Below are positions 51,648 through 62,671 of a stretch of 64,000 bases of DNA, piece by piece (within the stretch, counting starts at the first letter, position 1; each line of letters starts with the position of its first letter). The position numbers and the translations under genes were made by a program. The notes below the pieces were generated by a model that saw nothing but the letters and a program-made list of their open reading frames with translations, ran no database searches and was not told the origin of the DNA. Source of the DNA: an uncultured Mycoplasmatota bacterium. GTDB lineage: Bacteria; Bacillota_I; Bacilli_A; RF39; UBA660. Where the stretch lies: contig CANSFI010000006.1 of the NCBI GenBank assembly GCA_947646095.1, positions 1,162-65,161 on the forward strand. The letters are read 5' to 3'.

Positions 51648-54600
51648 TTAATTCTCCAAATTTTTATAAAATTCATATCTTTTAATCGCTTCTTCTTTTT
51701 GTTCTTCTAAAAGTAATTCTGCTCCTTTTGGATTTACTTTTTTTAACATACTATATCTTGTTTGACTTAATAGAAATTCTTCATATAAATCAAAATCAAC
51801 TTTTTTACTATCTAAAGTAAATTTATCAATATCTGGGTTATAACGAAAAGTTGGAAAATAACCACAGTTAGTAGCAAATTTTTCATAATTTACACTCATA
51901 CCCATACCTTCTTTAATACCATGAGATATACAAGGGGTATAGGCAATTATAATTGAAGGTCCATTATGAGCTTCTGCTTCTTTAAAAGACTTAATTACTT
52001 GCATCATATTAGCACCTAAACTAACCTGAGCTACATAAACATTAGGATAAGAAAGCGCCATACGAGCTAAATCTTTTTTAGATACTTTTTTACCATTTGA
52101 AGTAAATGAAGCAATGCTCCCTTTTGGACTAGCTTTAGATGACTGTCCACCTGTATTAGAATATACTTCAGAATTTAGAACTAAAATATTAACATTATCA
52201 TTACTAGATAAAACATGATCAATTCCACTAAAGCCAATATCATAAGCCCAGCCATCACCACCAATAGTCCAAATACTTCTTTTAACTAAATAATCTTTTA
52301 AATCTTTAATTTCGGAAGGTAGCGTTTCATAATCTAAATTATTATATACTTCTTTAGTTACTTCATAATTATCCATATTATCTAACCATTTTTGAAAATA
52401 ATCTCTATTAGGATTTTTCATATTACATAACATAATATTTTTAATTCTATTTCTTATCGTATTATTAGCGATTAACATTCCATAACCATATTCAGCATTA
52501 TCTTCAAATAAGGAACTAGCCCAAGGAATTGTATAAGGCATACTTGGAGTACTTGCTCCATATATAGATGAACAACCAGTTGCATTAGAAATTATCATAT
52601 GTTCACCAAAAAGTTGCGTTAATAATTTGATATAAGGGGTTTCTCCACATCCAGCACATGCTCCACTGAAACAAAATTTAGATTCTTTAAATTGGCTACC
52701 TTTTATAGTACTAGTATCAATACCCTTATCAGTTATATTATTAATTAAATAATCATATATTTCTTGTTCTTTTTTGTTCAAAGCTTCATCCAAAGAAGTA
52801 AAAGCTAAAGCCTTTTCGCCTTTTTTTCCAGGGCACGTATTTATACAAACACCACAACCAGTACAATCTTTAACTGAAAAACTTAAAATAAATTTGTAAT
52901 CTTTAATATCTGGAGTTAGTGGTGTTAGGCATAATTCTTTGATATAAGTTGGGGCATTTTCATATTCCTCTTCATTTAAAAGAAATGGTCTAATAACAGC
53001 ATGAGGACATACTATTGAACATTGATTACACATAATACAATTATTTCTAATCCAATTAGGAACTTGATTAGATATTGCTCTTTTATCTAATTTAGATGTA
53101 CCTACTTCAAAAGTTCCATCAGCAATAGGTAATACATCACTAACAGTAAGAAGATTTCCTTTTCGACTATTTATTTTGTAATATAAATCTTTCTTCTTAT
53201 CTTCTTCTTCATTCCCATCTAAATCAAATATTTCAACTTCTTTTAAATATTCACTCGCTTTATCAATAGCATCATAATTAGCTTTAAGAACTTTTTCACC
53301 ATGTTTATAATATCTTTTTTTAGCGTACAATTTCATATCTTCCTTAGCTTTTTCATAATCAATAATATTAGCTATATAAAGAATTATACTTTGCATAATT
53401 GTACTTATCTTACGACCAAGACCTATAGTGTCTGCAAGTTTATAAGCATCAATAGTATAAAATTTAATATTTTTATCTTTTAATACTTTTTTTATTTCTG
53501 GTTTTAATTCTTGGTTTAATTCGATAATACTTTTTTCAGTATTTAAAATAAATATTCCATTTTCTTTTATTTTATTTAAGACTTCAAAATCATTTAAATA
53601 ACCATATTTTGTAACTACAACTATACTTGGATTTTCTACATAATAGGTTGATCTTATAATATCATTTGAAAATCTTAAATGTGAAACAGTAACACCGCCA
53701 GACTTTTTAGAATCATATTCAAAATAACCCTGTACATATTTATCTGTATCATTACCAATCATTTTAATCATTGATTTGGATGCACTTACCATTCCATCAC
53801 TACCATAACCATAGATTAAAAATTCTAAAGCATTTTCTATTTTAAAGTTAGGATCTACTTCTAAACTTAAATTAGTTACATCGTCTGTAATACCAATTGT
53901 AAAATTATTTTTTAAATTTCCTTTAAGCATATCATAAACAGCTTTTATTTGAGCAGGATTAGTATTTTTACTTGAAAGACCATATCTTCCACCTACTATT
54001 TCAATATTTTTTCCTTTCAAAGATTCTACAACATCTAAATAAAGTGGCTCTCCACTACTTCCAGCTTCTTTAGTTCTATCAAGAACTGCTATTTTCTTAA
54101 CTGTTGGAGGAATTACACTCATTAGATATTCTTTAGAAAATGGGCGATATAAATGAACTTCAATTAAACCAACATTATATCCATCATTATTTAATACATC
54201 AATTACTTCTTTAATTGTTTCATTAACAGATCCCATTGCGACTATAATTTCTTCGGCTTTGAAACTTCCATAATAATTAAATGGTTGATAATTAGTAGTT
54301 GCTAGTTTATTTATTTTTTTCATATAATCATCAACTATTTTAGGAACGTTTTCATAAAACTTATTACGTGATTCTGTTACCTGAAAATAAATGTCATCGT
54401 TTTCAGCTGTTCCTTTTATAGTCGGTTTTAATGGATTTAAAGCTCTATCTCTAAATTTTTGTAAGGCTTTATAATCAATTAATCCTTTATAATCATTTTC
54501 TTCTAAAACAGTTATTTTATTTATTTCATGACTAGTTCTAAAACCATCAAAGAAATGCATAAAAGGAAGTGATGCTTTAATACTAGATAGATGAGCAACT

Positions 54601-55058
54601 GCAGAAAGTAGCGCTGCATCTTGAACTGAAGAAGATGCGAGCATACAAAAACCTGTACTACGTGTTGCATATATATCTTGATGGTCCCCAAAAATACTTA
54701 GAGCATGAGTAGATAAACTACGAGCTGCTACATGAATTACACAGGGTAACATTTCCCCTGCTATTTTATACATATTAGGTATCATTAAAAGAAGTCCTTG
54801 ACTTGATGTAAATGTTGTTGTTAAACATCCAGCTTGAAGAGATCCATGAACCATTCCAGCAGCCCCTGCTTCACTTTGCATTTCTACAACTTTTACTCTA
54901 TTGTTAAAGATATTTAACCTATCATTATTACTCCATTCATCAGATAATTCTGCCATTGGACTAGAAGGAGTTATCGGATATATACCTGCAACTTCTGTGA
55001 ACATATAAGAAGTATTCGCACATGCTTCATTTCCATCAATTGTTTTTATTTGTTTCAT
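51648..55058 (-). CDS. nifJ: Pyruvate:ferredoxin (flavodoxin) oxidoreductase
   Basis: IYPITPSS, EMQSEAGA, two ferredoxin Cys motifs, GACAGCGE, GGDGWAYDIG. Confidence 0.97.
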   Translation of the reverse strand: MKQIKTIDGNEACANTSYMFTEVAGIYPITPSSPMAELSDEWSNNDRLNIFNNRVKVVEMQSEAGAAGMVHGSLQAGCLTTTFTSSQGLLLMIPNMYKIAGEMLPCVIHVAARSLSTHALSIFGDHQDIYATRSTGFCMLASSSVQDAALLSAVAHLSSIKASLPFMHFFDGFRTSHEINKITVLEENDYKGLIDYKALQKFRDRALNPLKPTIKGTAENDDIYFQVTESRNKFYENVPKIVDDYMKKINKLATTNYQPFNYYGSFKAEEIIVAMGSVNETIKEVIDVLNNDGYNVGLIEVHLYRPFSKEYLMSVIPPTVKKIAVLDRTKEAGSSGEPLYLDVVESLKGKNIEIVGGRYGLSSKNTNPAQIKAVYDMLKGNLKNNFTIGITDDVTNLSLEVDPNFKIENALEFLIYGYGSDGMVSASKSMIKMIGNDTDKYVQGYFEYDSKKSGGVTVSHLRFSNDIIRSTYYVENPSIVVVTKYGYLNDFEVLNKIKENGIFILNTEKSIIELNQELKPEIKKVLKDKNIKFYTIDAYKLADTIGLGRKISTIMQSIILYIANIIDYEKAKEDMKLYAKKRYYKHGEKVLKANYDAIDKASEYLKEVEIFDLDGNEEEDKKKDLYYKINSRKGNLLTVSDVLPIADGTFEVGTSKLDKRAISNQVPNWIRNNCIMCNQCSIVCPHAVIRPFLLNEEEYENAPTYIKELCLTPLTPDIKDYKFILSFSVKDCTGCGVCINTCPGKKGEKALAFTSLDEALNKKEQEIYDYLINNITDKGIDTSTIKGSQFKESKFCFSGACAGCGETPYIKLLTQLFGEHMIISNATGCSSIYGASTPSMPYTIPWASSLFEDNAEYGYGMLIANNTIRNRIKNIMLCNMKNPNRDYFQKWLDNMDNYEVTKEVYNNLDYETLPSEIKDLKDYLVKRSIWTIGGDGWAYDIGFSGIDHVLSSNDNVNILVLNSEVYSNTGGQSSKASPKGSIASFTSNGKKVSKKDLARMALSYPNVYVAQVSLGANMMQVIKSFKEAEAHNGPSIIIAYTPCISHGIKEGMGMSVNYEKFATNCGYFPTFRYNPDIDKFTLDSKKVDFDLYEEFLLSQTRYSMLKKVNPKGAELLLEEQKEEAIKRYEFYKNLEN

Positions 55059-55442
55059 AATATTCTCCTAACTATTTATCTAATAATAATTATATCACGA
55101 ACAAACACTATTTATATTTATTTTTTAATAAAAAGAAAAACTATATTACATATATTATCCTATTAATTCTAAATATTTATCTAAAATTTTATTTTCTTCT
55201 CTAACAATTAATTTAATAAAATCAGTATAGTCATATGTTGTCATCATCTTATTTAGGGCACCATAATATTATGTTCTGCTTGCAACTTACCCATTTTTCA
55301 TAGCTCCTTTTATTAGCATATTAATCATCTTCTTTATATATTATACCATTAGTGGAATAATATATAAAATTAGTAAATTACAAATTAATTGTAAGTAAAT
55401 AAATAATTTGACTAAACTGAGGAACTGTGTTACAATGTATAC

Positions 55443-55556
55443 AGATGGAGATAATTCCATATAATAAAAAAAGAGATACACTTGATATTCCCTTGTCAGA
55501 TGTATACTCCATTCATAGGGTTACACCGTTTCAATGCTGATTCGGTGTTTTCATTT
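55443..55556 (+). ncRNA. Putative antisense antitoxin RNA
   Basis: TTGACT-17-TACAAT promoter (55408-55436); ACACCG/CGGTGT hairpin plus T-rich tail; overlaps the 3' end of the toxin mRNA. Confidence 0.5.
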
Positions 55557-55559
55557 AAA

Positions 55560-55625
55560 CTAGTCCTTTTTAAGGACTATGATAGTACAAAGTACAATAA
55601 AAGCAAACGCTAATACTAATTCCAA
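55560..55625 (-). CDS. Putative type I toxin, 21 aa (MELVLAFAFIVLCTIIVLKKD)
   Basis: AGAAAGGA RBS, TTG start, single TM helix with basic tail; TTGTAA-17-TATAAT promoter at 55738-55766. Confidence 0.6.
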   Translation of the reverse strand: MELVLAFAFIVLCTIIVLKKD

Positions 55626-55809
55626 GGGAATTTATCCTTTCTATAATTGTTAAAATCATAGAAATCACCTCAATTCTATCATTCAAAGATGAATAGAACA
55701 GAGTAAAACACCTAACTATCTTATGTATCTCATATTAATTATATAATATTATGAGGTTAATTACAAGTAAATATAATAAAAATCAAATTAAAATACATAG
55801 GTTTATTTC

Positions 55810-56445
55810 CTATGTATTTTTTAATTCTTCTACAGTTTTACTATAATCATCACTATTTGTAATATAACTACCAACTACAGCAATATCAACACCATTCAAT
55901 TTATTTATATTACTAGCATTTATTCCGCCATCTATTTCAATTAAATAATGATAATTATTATTTTTTCTTAAAGTATATAACTTTTCTATTTTATCTAAAG
56001 AATTATCAATAAAATTTTGTCCACCAAATCCAGGTTCAACACTCATAACTAAAACCAAATCAATTAAATCTAAATAATCGATTAACTCATCTACCATTGT
56101 ATTTGGTTTAATAGAAATTCCAACTTTAATATTTTTATTTTTAATATAATCAATTACTTCTTTTACATTATCTACAGCTTCTAAATGAAAAGTAATAAAA
56201 GCTGGATTTAATTTAGAATAATCATCAATATAACTAATTACATCACTAACCATTAAATGAATATCTTTTAAAGTATTAATATCTTGTAATAATTCACTTA
56301 TTTCATTAAAGTTTTTAGTAATATTTGGAACAAATATATTATCCATGATATCGACATGAAGGTAATCGATACTACTATTATCTAATCTTTTAATATTTTC
56401 TTTTATATTTTCTTTAATAGCAAGAAAAGATGCAGATATTTTCAT
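55810..56445 (-). CDS. rpe: Ribulose-phosphate 3-epimerase
   Basis: HVDIMD..FVPN, DIHLMV, MSVEPGFGGQ, IDGGI. Confidence 0.95.
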   Translation of the reverse strand: MKISASFLAIKENIKENIKRLDNSSIDYLHVDIMDNIFVPNITKNFNEISELLQDINTLKDIHLMVSDVISYIDDYSKLNPAFITFHLEAVDNVKEVIDYIKNKNIKVGISIKPNTMVDELIDYLDLIDLVLVMSVEPGFGGQNFIDNSLDKIEKLYTLRKNNNYHYLIEIDGGINASNINKLNGVDIAVVGSYITNSDDYSKTVEELKNT

Positions 56446-56448
56446 ATG

Positions 56449-57279
56449 TCACCTTCTTATAAATTTAAGATAATTTTCATATCTACTTTTCATTATAGTA
56501 TTATCTTTTACTTTATTTTTTACTTCACAAACATCTTCCAAATTATGCATACAGTCTTTATATTTACAATCATCTTTGTAATCATTAAATTCAATGAAAT
56601 TATCTCTTATATCACTATTTTGCATATCTATAAACTCTAAAGCACTGAATCCTGGTGTATCAGCAATCCAACAAGAGCATACATTTATAAGTTCAGTATG
56701 TCTAGTTGTATGTTTACCTCTATTTAAAGCTAGAGATATTTCATTTGTTTTAATATTTAAATTTATATCTAATTTATTAAGTAAAGTACTTTTACCTGCA
56801 CCGCTTTGACCTGTAAATACATTTATTTTATCTTTCATAATTTGTTTTAATTCTTCTAAATTTGTATTATTTAAAACTGTATATCCTATTTTCTTATAAT
56901 AATCAATATAAGGTTTTATTTTTTTTAATTCTATTTCATTTAGTAAGTCTAATTTAGTAATACATATAATTGGTCTTATATTGTTATATTCTAAAATACA
57001 TAACATTTTATCTAATAGATTAGTATCAAAATCAGGATGTTTAACACTTGTTACTATTATAACCTGATCAATATTACTAACAGGTGGTCTTACTAAACTA
57101 TTAGTTCTAGGAAAAATTTCTAAAATATAATTATTTTTTTCATCGATTATTACATTATCACCAACTAGAGGAATAAGTCCTAACTTTCTAAACTTTCCTC
57201 TAGCTTTACAAACATATTGTTTATTTTCAACCAAAACTGTATAATCATTACTAATATTTTTAATGATTTTTCCTTGCAT
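56449..57279 (-). CDS. rsgA: Ribosome small subunit-dependent GTPase
   Basis: TKLD, GQSGAGKSTL, RGKHTTRH, DTPGF, C-x4-C-x-H-x5-C. Confidence 0.96.
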   Translation of the reverse strand: MQGKIIKNISNDYTVLVENKQYVCKARGKFRKLGLIPLVGDNVIIDEKNNYILEIFPRTNSLVRPPVSNIDQVIIVTSVKHPDFDTNLLDKMLCILEYNNIRPIICITKLDLLNEIELKKIKPYIDYYKKIGYTVLNNTNLEELKQIMKDKINVFTGQSGAGKSTLLNKLDINLNIKTNEISLALNRGKHTTRHTELINVCSCWIADTPGFSALEFIDMQNSDIRDNFIEFNDYKDDCKYKDCMHNLEDVCEVKNKVKDNTIMKSRYENYLKFIRR

Positions 57280-59024
57280 TAATTAGTTTCCTCATCTGTT
57301 TTATCTACTGGTTCACTTGGGTTTACTGGTTCAGTAGGGTTTTCTGGAGCTTTAGCAACTATGATTTTTATTGTAGTTGGAGTAATTACTTTACTACCAG
57401 CTGCTCTATCTTGAGAAATAACAGTTCCTGGACTATAATCAGTTGTTGTTAAATATTGAATATTTAAAGTAACTCCATTTTTTTCACAAAATTGTTTTAC
57501 AGCATCAACTGTATATTTTTCAGTGACAAAATCTGGATATTTAGTATATATATCAGGTATAGTTAAAGTAACTGTGTCGCCTTTTTTTACTTTTTCTCCA
57601 ACGGCTGGTTGTTGCTCTAAAATAATATCTGCTTTAATATCGTCTGAATTTTCTACTTCTTTTTTTACTATTTCAACTATAATTCCTTTTGCTTCTAGCA
57701 TACCTTTTATTTCATAATAATTTTTGTTTTTATAATCTTCAATTAATATTTTATCTGTACCAACTGAAACAACTAATTTTATTTTAGTTCCTTTTTTTAC
57801 AGTTCTATCTTTAGCTGGTGATGTACTTATTACTAAGCCTTCTTTTATTTCATCACTATTTTCTTCTTTTACTTCTGTATCTACTTCTAACCCCAATTTT
57901 TTTAGCTCTTTTTCAGCATCGACAACACTTTTTTCAGATACATCTGGTATTTTTACTTCCTTAGAATTAGTAAATTTAGGAATAATTATTACAAATAAAC
58001 AAATTAAGAAAGCAAGAAGGATACATGCTCCTCCTGTAATCCAAAGGGCAATGTTTATTTTTTTATCTTTTTTTTCTATTTCATTTAATTCTTGTTCAAC
58101 TGCCTCATTTCTTTTTGTTCTAGTTAAATCAGGTATAATTTTAGTATCTTCTAAATCATGTTCTGGAAATTTATAAGAAATACGAAGTTCATCTGAACGT
58201 TCTTTAGATAAAGCCGTTTTTAAATCCTCATTCATTTCTAATACACTATCATATCTATTTTTAGGATTTTTAGCACATGCTCTTAAAACTATATTTTCTA
58301 CTGCTTGTGGTATATCTGGATTAATTTCACAAACAGAAGGTATTTGCTCTTTCATTTGTTTTAATGCAATTTCTACTGCATTATCACCTTTGAATGGAAC
58401 TTTACCAGTTAAAAGCTCAAACATTAAAATACCTAATGAATAAACATCACTTTTAATGGTTGCTCCATCACCATTAGCTTGCTCTGGAGGTAAGTAATGA
58501 ACTGAACCCATTACTGAATTAGTTTGAGTTAAATCAGCCGCATTAGATGCGATTGCTATACCAAAGTCAGTTATTTTAACTCTACCATCATCAAGAATCA
58601 TAACATTTTGTGGTTTAATATCACGATGTATTATATAACTTTCATGAGCACAAGAGATAGCAGAAGTTAGTTGTAACATAATATCTATTACTTCTGGTAA
58701 AGTTAGAGCACCACGTTTTTTTATTAAACTTTTTAATGTTTTTCCATCGATATACTCCATGACTATAAAATTATTACCATCATCTTCACCTACATCATAC
58801 ATTTCAACAATATTTGGATGTACTAAAGATGAAGCTGATATCGCTTCTCTTTTAAAACGACGTACAAATTTTTCATCACCTGCTAAATCTCCTCTTAGAA
58901 TTTTAACTGCTACATTTCTATTTAAAATAGTATCATAAGCTAAATAAACATTAGCCATTCCGCCTTCACCAATAGATCTAATAATTTGATAACGATCATT
59001 TATTTTTTGTCCTTTAATTATCAT
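57279..59024 (-). CDS. prkC: PASTA-domain Ser/Thr kinase
   Basis: GEGGMA, HRDIKPQN, DFG, TM segment and three PASTA repeats. Confidence 0.95.
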   Translation of the reverse strand: MIIKGQKINDRYQIIRSIGEGGMANVYLAYDTILNRNVAVKILRGDLAGDEKFVRRFKREAISASSLVHPNIVEMYDVGEDDGNNFIVMEYIDGKTLKSLIKKRGALTLPEVIDIMLQLTSAISCAHESYIIHRDIKPQNVMILDDGRVKITDFGIAIASNAADLTQTNSVMGSVHYLPPEQANGDGATIKSDVYSLGILMFELLTGKVPFKGDNAVEIALKQMKEQIPSVCEINPDIPQAVENIVLRACAKNPKNRYDSVLEMNEDLKTALSKERSDELRISYKFPEHDLEDTKIIPDLTRTKRNEAVEQELNEIEKKDKKINIALWITGGACILLAFLICLFVIIIPKFTNSKEVKIPDVSEKSVVDAEKELKKLGLEVDTEVKEENSDEIKEGLVISTSPAKDRTVKKGTKIKLVVSVGTDKILIEDYKNKNYYEIKGMLEAKGIIVEIVKKEVENSDDIKADIILEQQPAVGEKVKKGDTVTLTIPDIYTKYPDFVTEKYTVDAVKQFCEKNGVTLNIQYLTTTDYSPGTVISQDRAAGSKVITPTTIKIIVAKAPENPTEPVNPSEPVDKTDEETN

Positions 59025-59758
59025 TTTACATCACCTCTTTTTAAGTATGCGATAGAAATGTTGTCATTTCCACCTCTATTATTACTTTTTAAAACTAATT
59101 TTGATAGTTTTTCTTGAACAGTATGATCTTCATTTAATACTTTCATTATTTGTTCATCATCTAACATATTAGTTAAACCATCACTGCAAAGAAGAATTCC
59201 CTCGATATCAGTTTCAACATCAAAGACATCCATCTCAACAGTAGTGGTTGCTCCTAAGGCCTTCATTAAAACATTTTTTCTAGGATGTTCCCTAGCAGCT
59301 TCCTCAGTTAATTCTCCTGATTTAACGAGTAAATTAACTAATGTATGATCAGTTGTTATTTTGTGTAGTTTTTTATTCTTAATTACATATCCACTACTAT
59401 CACCAATGTTTCCAAATAAAAGATAATCTTTTGTTAAAATTGCAAGTACTAAAGTTGTTCCCATCCCTTGGCTTTCAGGATTTTCATTAGTATATTTATA
59501 TATAGATGTATTAGCTTCACTAACTATGTCTTTTATCCAAATTATAGCCTCATCTTTACTACCAATATTATCAATAGATGAAAAACTTTTAGCAACACTA
59601 TTAATTGCTATACTAGATGCGATTTCTCCACCACGATGTCCTCCCATGCCATCAGCAACTGCAAGGAGTATTTCTTCATTTACATTTTTTACAATAGTTA
59701 CACTATCTTCATTATGGGATCTAACTTTTCCAGGATCTGTTAAATAACCATATTCCAT
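59021..59758 (-). CDS. prpC: PP2C Ser/Thr phosphatase
   Basis: NED, VADGMGGH, NIGDS, CSDGL, GGNDN. Confidence 0.95.
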   Translation of the reverse strand: MEYGYLTDPGKVRSHNEDSVTIVKNVNEEILLAVADGMGGHRGGEIASSIAINSVAKSFSSIDNIGSKDEAIIWIKDIVSEANTSIYKYTNENPESQGMGTTLVLAILTKDYLLFGNIGDSSGYVIKNKKLHKITTDHTLVNLLVKSGELTEEAAREHPRKNVLMKALGATTTVEMDVFDVETDIEGILLCSDGLTNMLDDEQIMKVLNEDHTVQEKLSKLVLKSNNRGGNDNISIAYLKRGDVK

Positions 59759-60783
59759 TATTCTTCCTCCTCAATGCTTGACCTTAGTTGACCACAAGCT
59801 GCACTTACTTTAGAACCAAATTCTTTTCTGATAGTTACATTTATTTTATTTTTTTTAAGTATATCATAAAATTTAAGTATTTTATCTTTAGAACTTTTTT
59901 CTAAATTGATATGACCAGTCTCATTATATGGTATTAAATTTACATAACAATTTATTCCTTTTAAAAGATGAGCCAATTCTAATGCATGTTTTTCACTATC
60001 ATTTACACCTTTTAACATGATATACTCAAATGTAACTCTTCTATTTGTTTTATCTACGTATTCTTTTATAGTTTTTAATAATTCTTCAATTGGATAAGCT
60101 TTATTAATAGGCATAATTTTATTTCTTATTTCATTATTAGGAGCATGAAGACTAATAGCAAGATTAACTTGCTTATCATAGTTCATAAATTCTTTTATTT
60201 TGGGAATAATTCCACACGTAGAAATTGTTATATGCCTTGAACCTAATTCTATTCCTTTATGATTATTAATTATTTCAATAAAATTAATAACATTATCATA
60301 GTTATCAAATGGTTCTCCTATTCCCATTAAAACTAAATGAGTAATACGAATATTTAAGTTTTCTTCTATTTTTATTATTTGCTCTACCATTTCATGACTT
60401 TTTAGATTTCTTACTTTTTTTAGCCTTCCACTTTCACAGAATGTACAACTCATATTACATCCAACTTGGGTAGATATACACAAACTATTACCATAATTAT
60501 GTTTCATATAAACTGCTTCTATTTTATTATTATCTTCAAGTTCAAATAAATATTTACAAACATCTATATCTACTTGCTTTTTTATTAATTTTATGGTGGA
60601 AAAAGTATAATTTTGTTTTAAATATTCTATTAACTCTTTTTTTATATTTAACATGTCGTCAAAATTTTTAACCCGTTTTTTATATAGCCAATCATATATT
60701 TGACTAGCATTAAATTTTTTATAGCCTTTTTCTAGAAGATCTTTTTCTAAGTTTTCTAGTGTAATATCATAAATATTTTTCAT
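59758..60783 (-). CDS. rlmN: 23S rRNA/tRNA m2A methyltransferase
   Basis: CNMSCTFC, MGIGEP, ISLH, AACGQL. Confidence 0.96.
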   Translation of the reverse strand: MKNIYDITLENLEKDLLEKGYKKFNASQIYDWLYKKRVKNFDDMLNIKKELIEYLKQNYTFSTIKLIKKQVDIDVCKYLFELEDNNKIEAVYMKHNYGNSLCISTQVGCNMSCTFCESGRLKKVRNLKSHEMVEQIIKIEENLNIRITHLVLMGIGEPFDNYDNVINFIEIINNHKGIELGSRHITISTCGIIPKIKEFMNYDKQVNLAISLHAPNNEIRNKIMPINKAYPIEELLKTIKEYVDKTNRRVTFEYIMLKGVNDSEKHALELAHLLKGINCYVNLIPYNETGHINLEKSSKDKILKFYDILKKNKINVTIRKEFGSKVSAACGQLRSSIEEEE

Positions 60784-60872
60784 ACTTCCACCCTATCTTT
60801 AATTATATCAAAATAAAAGAAAAAATAATAGATAAGTTCTATTATTTTTAACAAAAAGTGTTTAGTATTTGT

Positions 60873-61085
60873 CTAGAAACCTATTATTAAACAAATTATA
60901 AAGAAAACAGAGCCTAGGAAAATAGTTAAACGGGTAATAACCAACTCTCCTCCTCTTTCTTTACGATTTTTAAATAGGCTATCATTACCACCACTTATTA
61001 CATTAGAAGCACTTTCTGCTTTTCCACTTTGTAATAAAACAATAGCAATTAATAAAATTGATACAATTATTAATACTGTTTGCAT
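60873..61085 (-). CDS. secG: Preprotein translocase subunit SecG
   Basis: VLLQSGK...LF...K.RG...RLT with two TM segments. Confidence 0.92.
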   Translation of the reverse strand: MQTVLIIVSILLIAIVLLQSGKAESASNVISGGNDSLFKNRKERGGELVITRLTIFLGSVFFIICLIIGF

Positions 61086-61232
61086 GAGTTTCCTCCTTTT
61101 GACTATTAATAGTTTACTACATTTTATTAATTAAATCAATATATTTATTTTTGAGTTCGTTTTTTTATTATAATTATAATATTCAATCACTCTTTTGAAA
61201 CCATTATAAATTTTATCTTTAAGAATTTTATA

Positions 61233-62543
61233 TTATAAATCTTTAGATATTGTTATTACTGGTCTTAAACCATAACCAGATGAAGTAGATATATAATCTA
61301 CAGTCGTAGTAATAATTGCAGTTGTATTAGAAGTAAAACCTATAGCATATGAATTACCAGATAATCCCACAGCTGTAGACAACCAATAGCCTTTTGGATT
61401 TTTATTTCCATACACATTATCATATAAATATTTTGGACAGTATGCAGTGCCATCACATCCTACATTTTTAGCTTCTGTATATGTAAGAAGTCTTGCTCTT
61501 ACATTTTCTACCTTAAATGATGGATATATATTCTCTTCATTATTTTTCCCCATATCATCTTTTAATATATATGACATTAATGGAACATTATCCCAATTCC
61601 TTGTTCTTTCTTCTAAATTTTTTAAAGCAGTAAGGGGTCCTATATCAGCGTTTGGTAAAGTTCCATTTCTAAAGTTTGTACCTCCACCTTCTTTATAATC
61701 TTCTTTTGTTATCCACCGTATAACATCTCCTAGATTTCTATCCATTATTAATGTTAAATCACTTCCTGTATCATTTATTACATAAAAATTATATGTTGTT
61801 GTTTTGTTCACTCTAACTGGTATTAGTGTTCCACTTGTACACTTTCTATCTTCATCTCTTAAACAATTATCTGTTGCTTTAAATATCAAAACTTTTACAT
61901 CTACTATTTGTTTTATATTACTTCCATCTAATGCTTCTACTGTTACTTTTGCATCTCCTGGAGATACTCCTGTTATTAAACCATTATTACTGACACTTAC
62001 AATAGGGGAATCACTACTTGTCCATTTTAATTTACTTTTATCTATTTTTTCTAATTCTTCACTTAATTTTAAATTTACTTGTTCTTCAAAGTGTAACTTT
62101 ATTCCAAAATCTTTTATTAGTTCTTTATTATTATTTTCATCATTATTTCCAATATTACACTTATTTAAATTATTTTCTATAGTTATATCATTATCTTCAT
62201 AGCTTTTGGTTATACAATATTTTCCATTACTTATAGCAAGTTCTATTTTTCCAGTTGTTGATATAATCATATTACCACTTGTAGATTTCTTTTCTTTTAT
62301 TTCTAAGCCTTCTGCAGTTGAAAAAGTAAATGTTGTTTCTTTAATTCCATTTTGATCTAATCATTTATTAGAATAATACACCTCTCCTGCTTTTATTATT
62401 CCATATGCTGAATCTTTAAATGCACTTCTTTCTGCACGCTCTATTATATTAATTATTACTGGTACTGTAATTAAAGCTATTATAACTAATATTATTATGA
62501 CTGCAAGTAATTCTATCAAAGTAAAACCTTTTTTATTTTTCAT
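61233..62543 (-). CDS. Prepilin-domain + Ig-like (Big_2) + C-terminal domain protein with one in-frame TGA
   Basis: KKGFTLIELL N-terminus; single frame except TGA at 62361-62363; WTSSDSPIVSVSNNGLITG Ig motif; YWL...GLRPVITI C-terminus. Confidence 0.75.
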
Positions 62544-62671
62544 CTTATTAATTTACTATATATGTATTTTTGGCTGTAATAATTTTACAATATAAATATT
62601 ATTTTTATTATATATAATTGTTAATAGAAATTAAAATTATAATATAAATTCACAAAAAAACACCTAAATTT

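Noticed and set aside
55470-55735. RNase P or 6S RNA, suggested by 5'/3' end pairing
   Set aside because: No GAGGAAAGUC/P4 RNase P signature and no long 6S rod with central bubble; an RBS-led hydrophobic ORF and a convergent promoter fit a type I TA locus better
57295-57350. Short imperfect repeats in the 3' end of prkC
   Set aside because: Encode an ordinary low-complexity Pro/Glu tail
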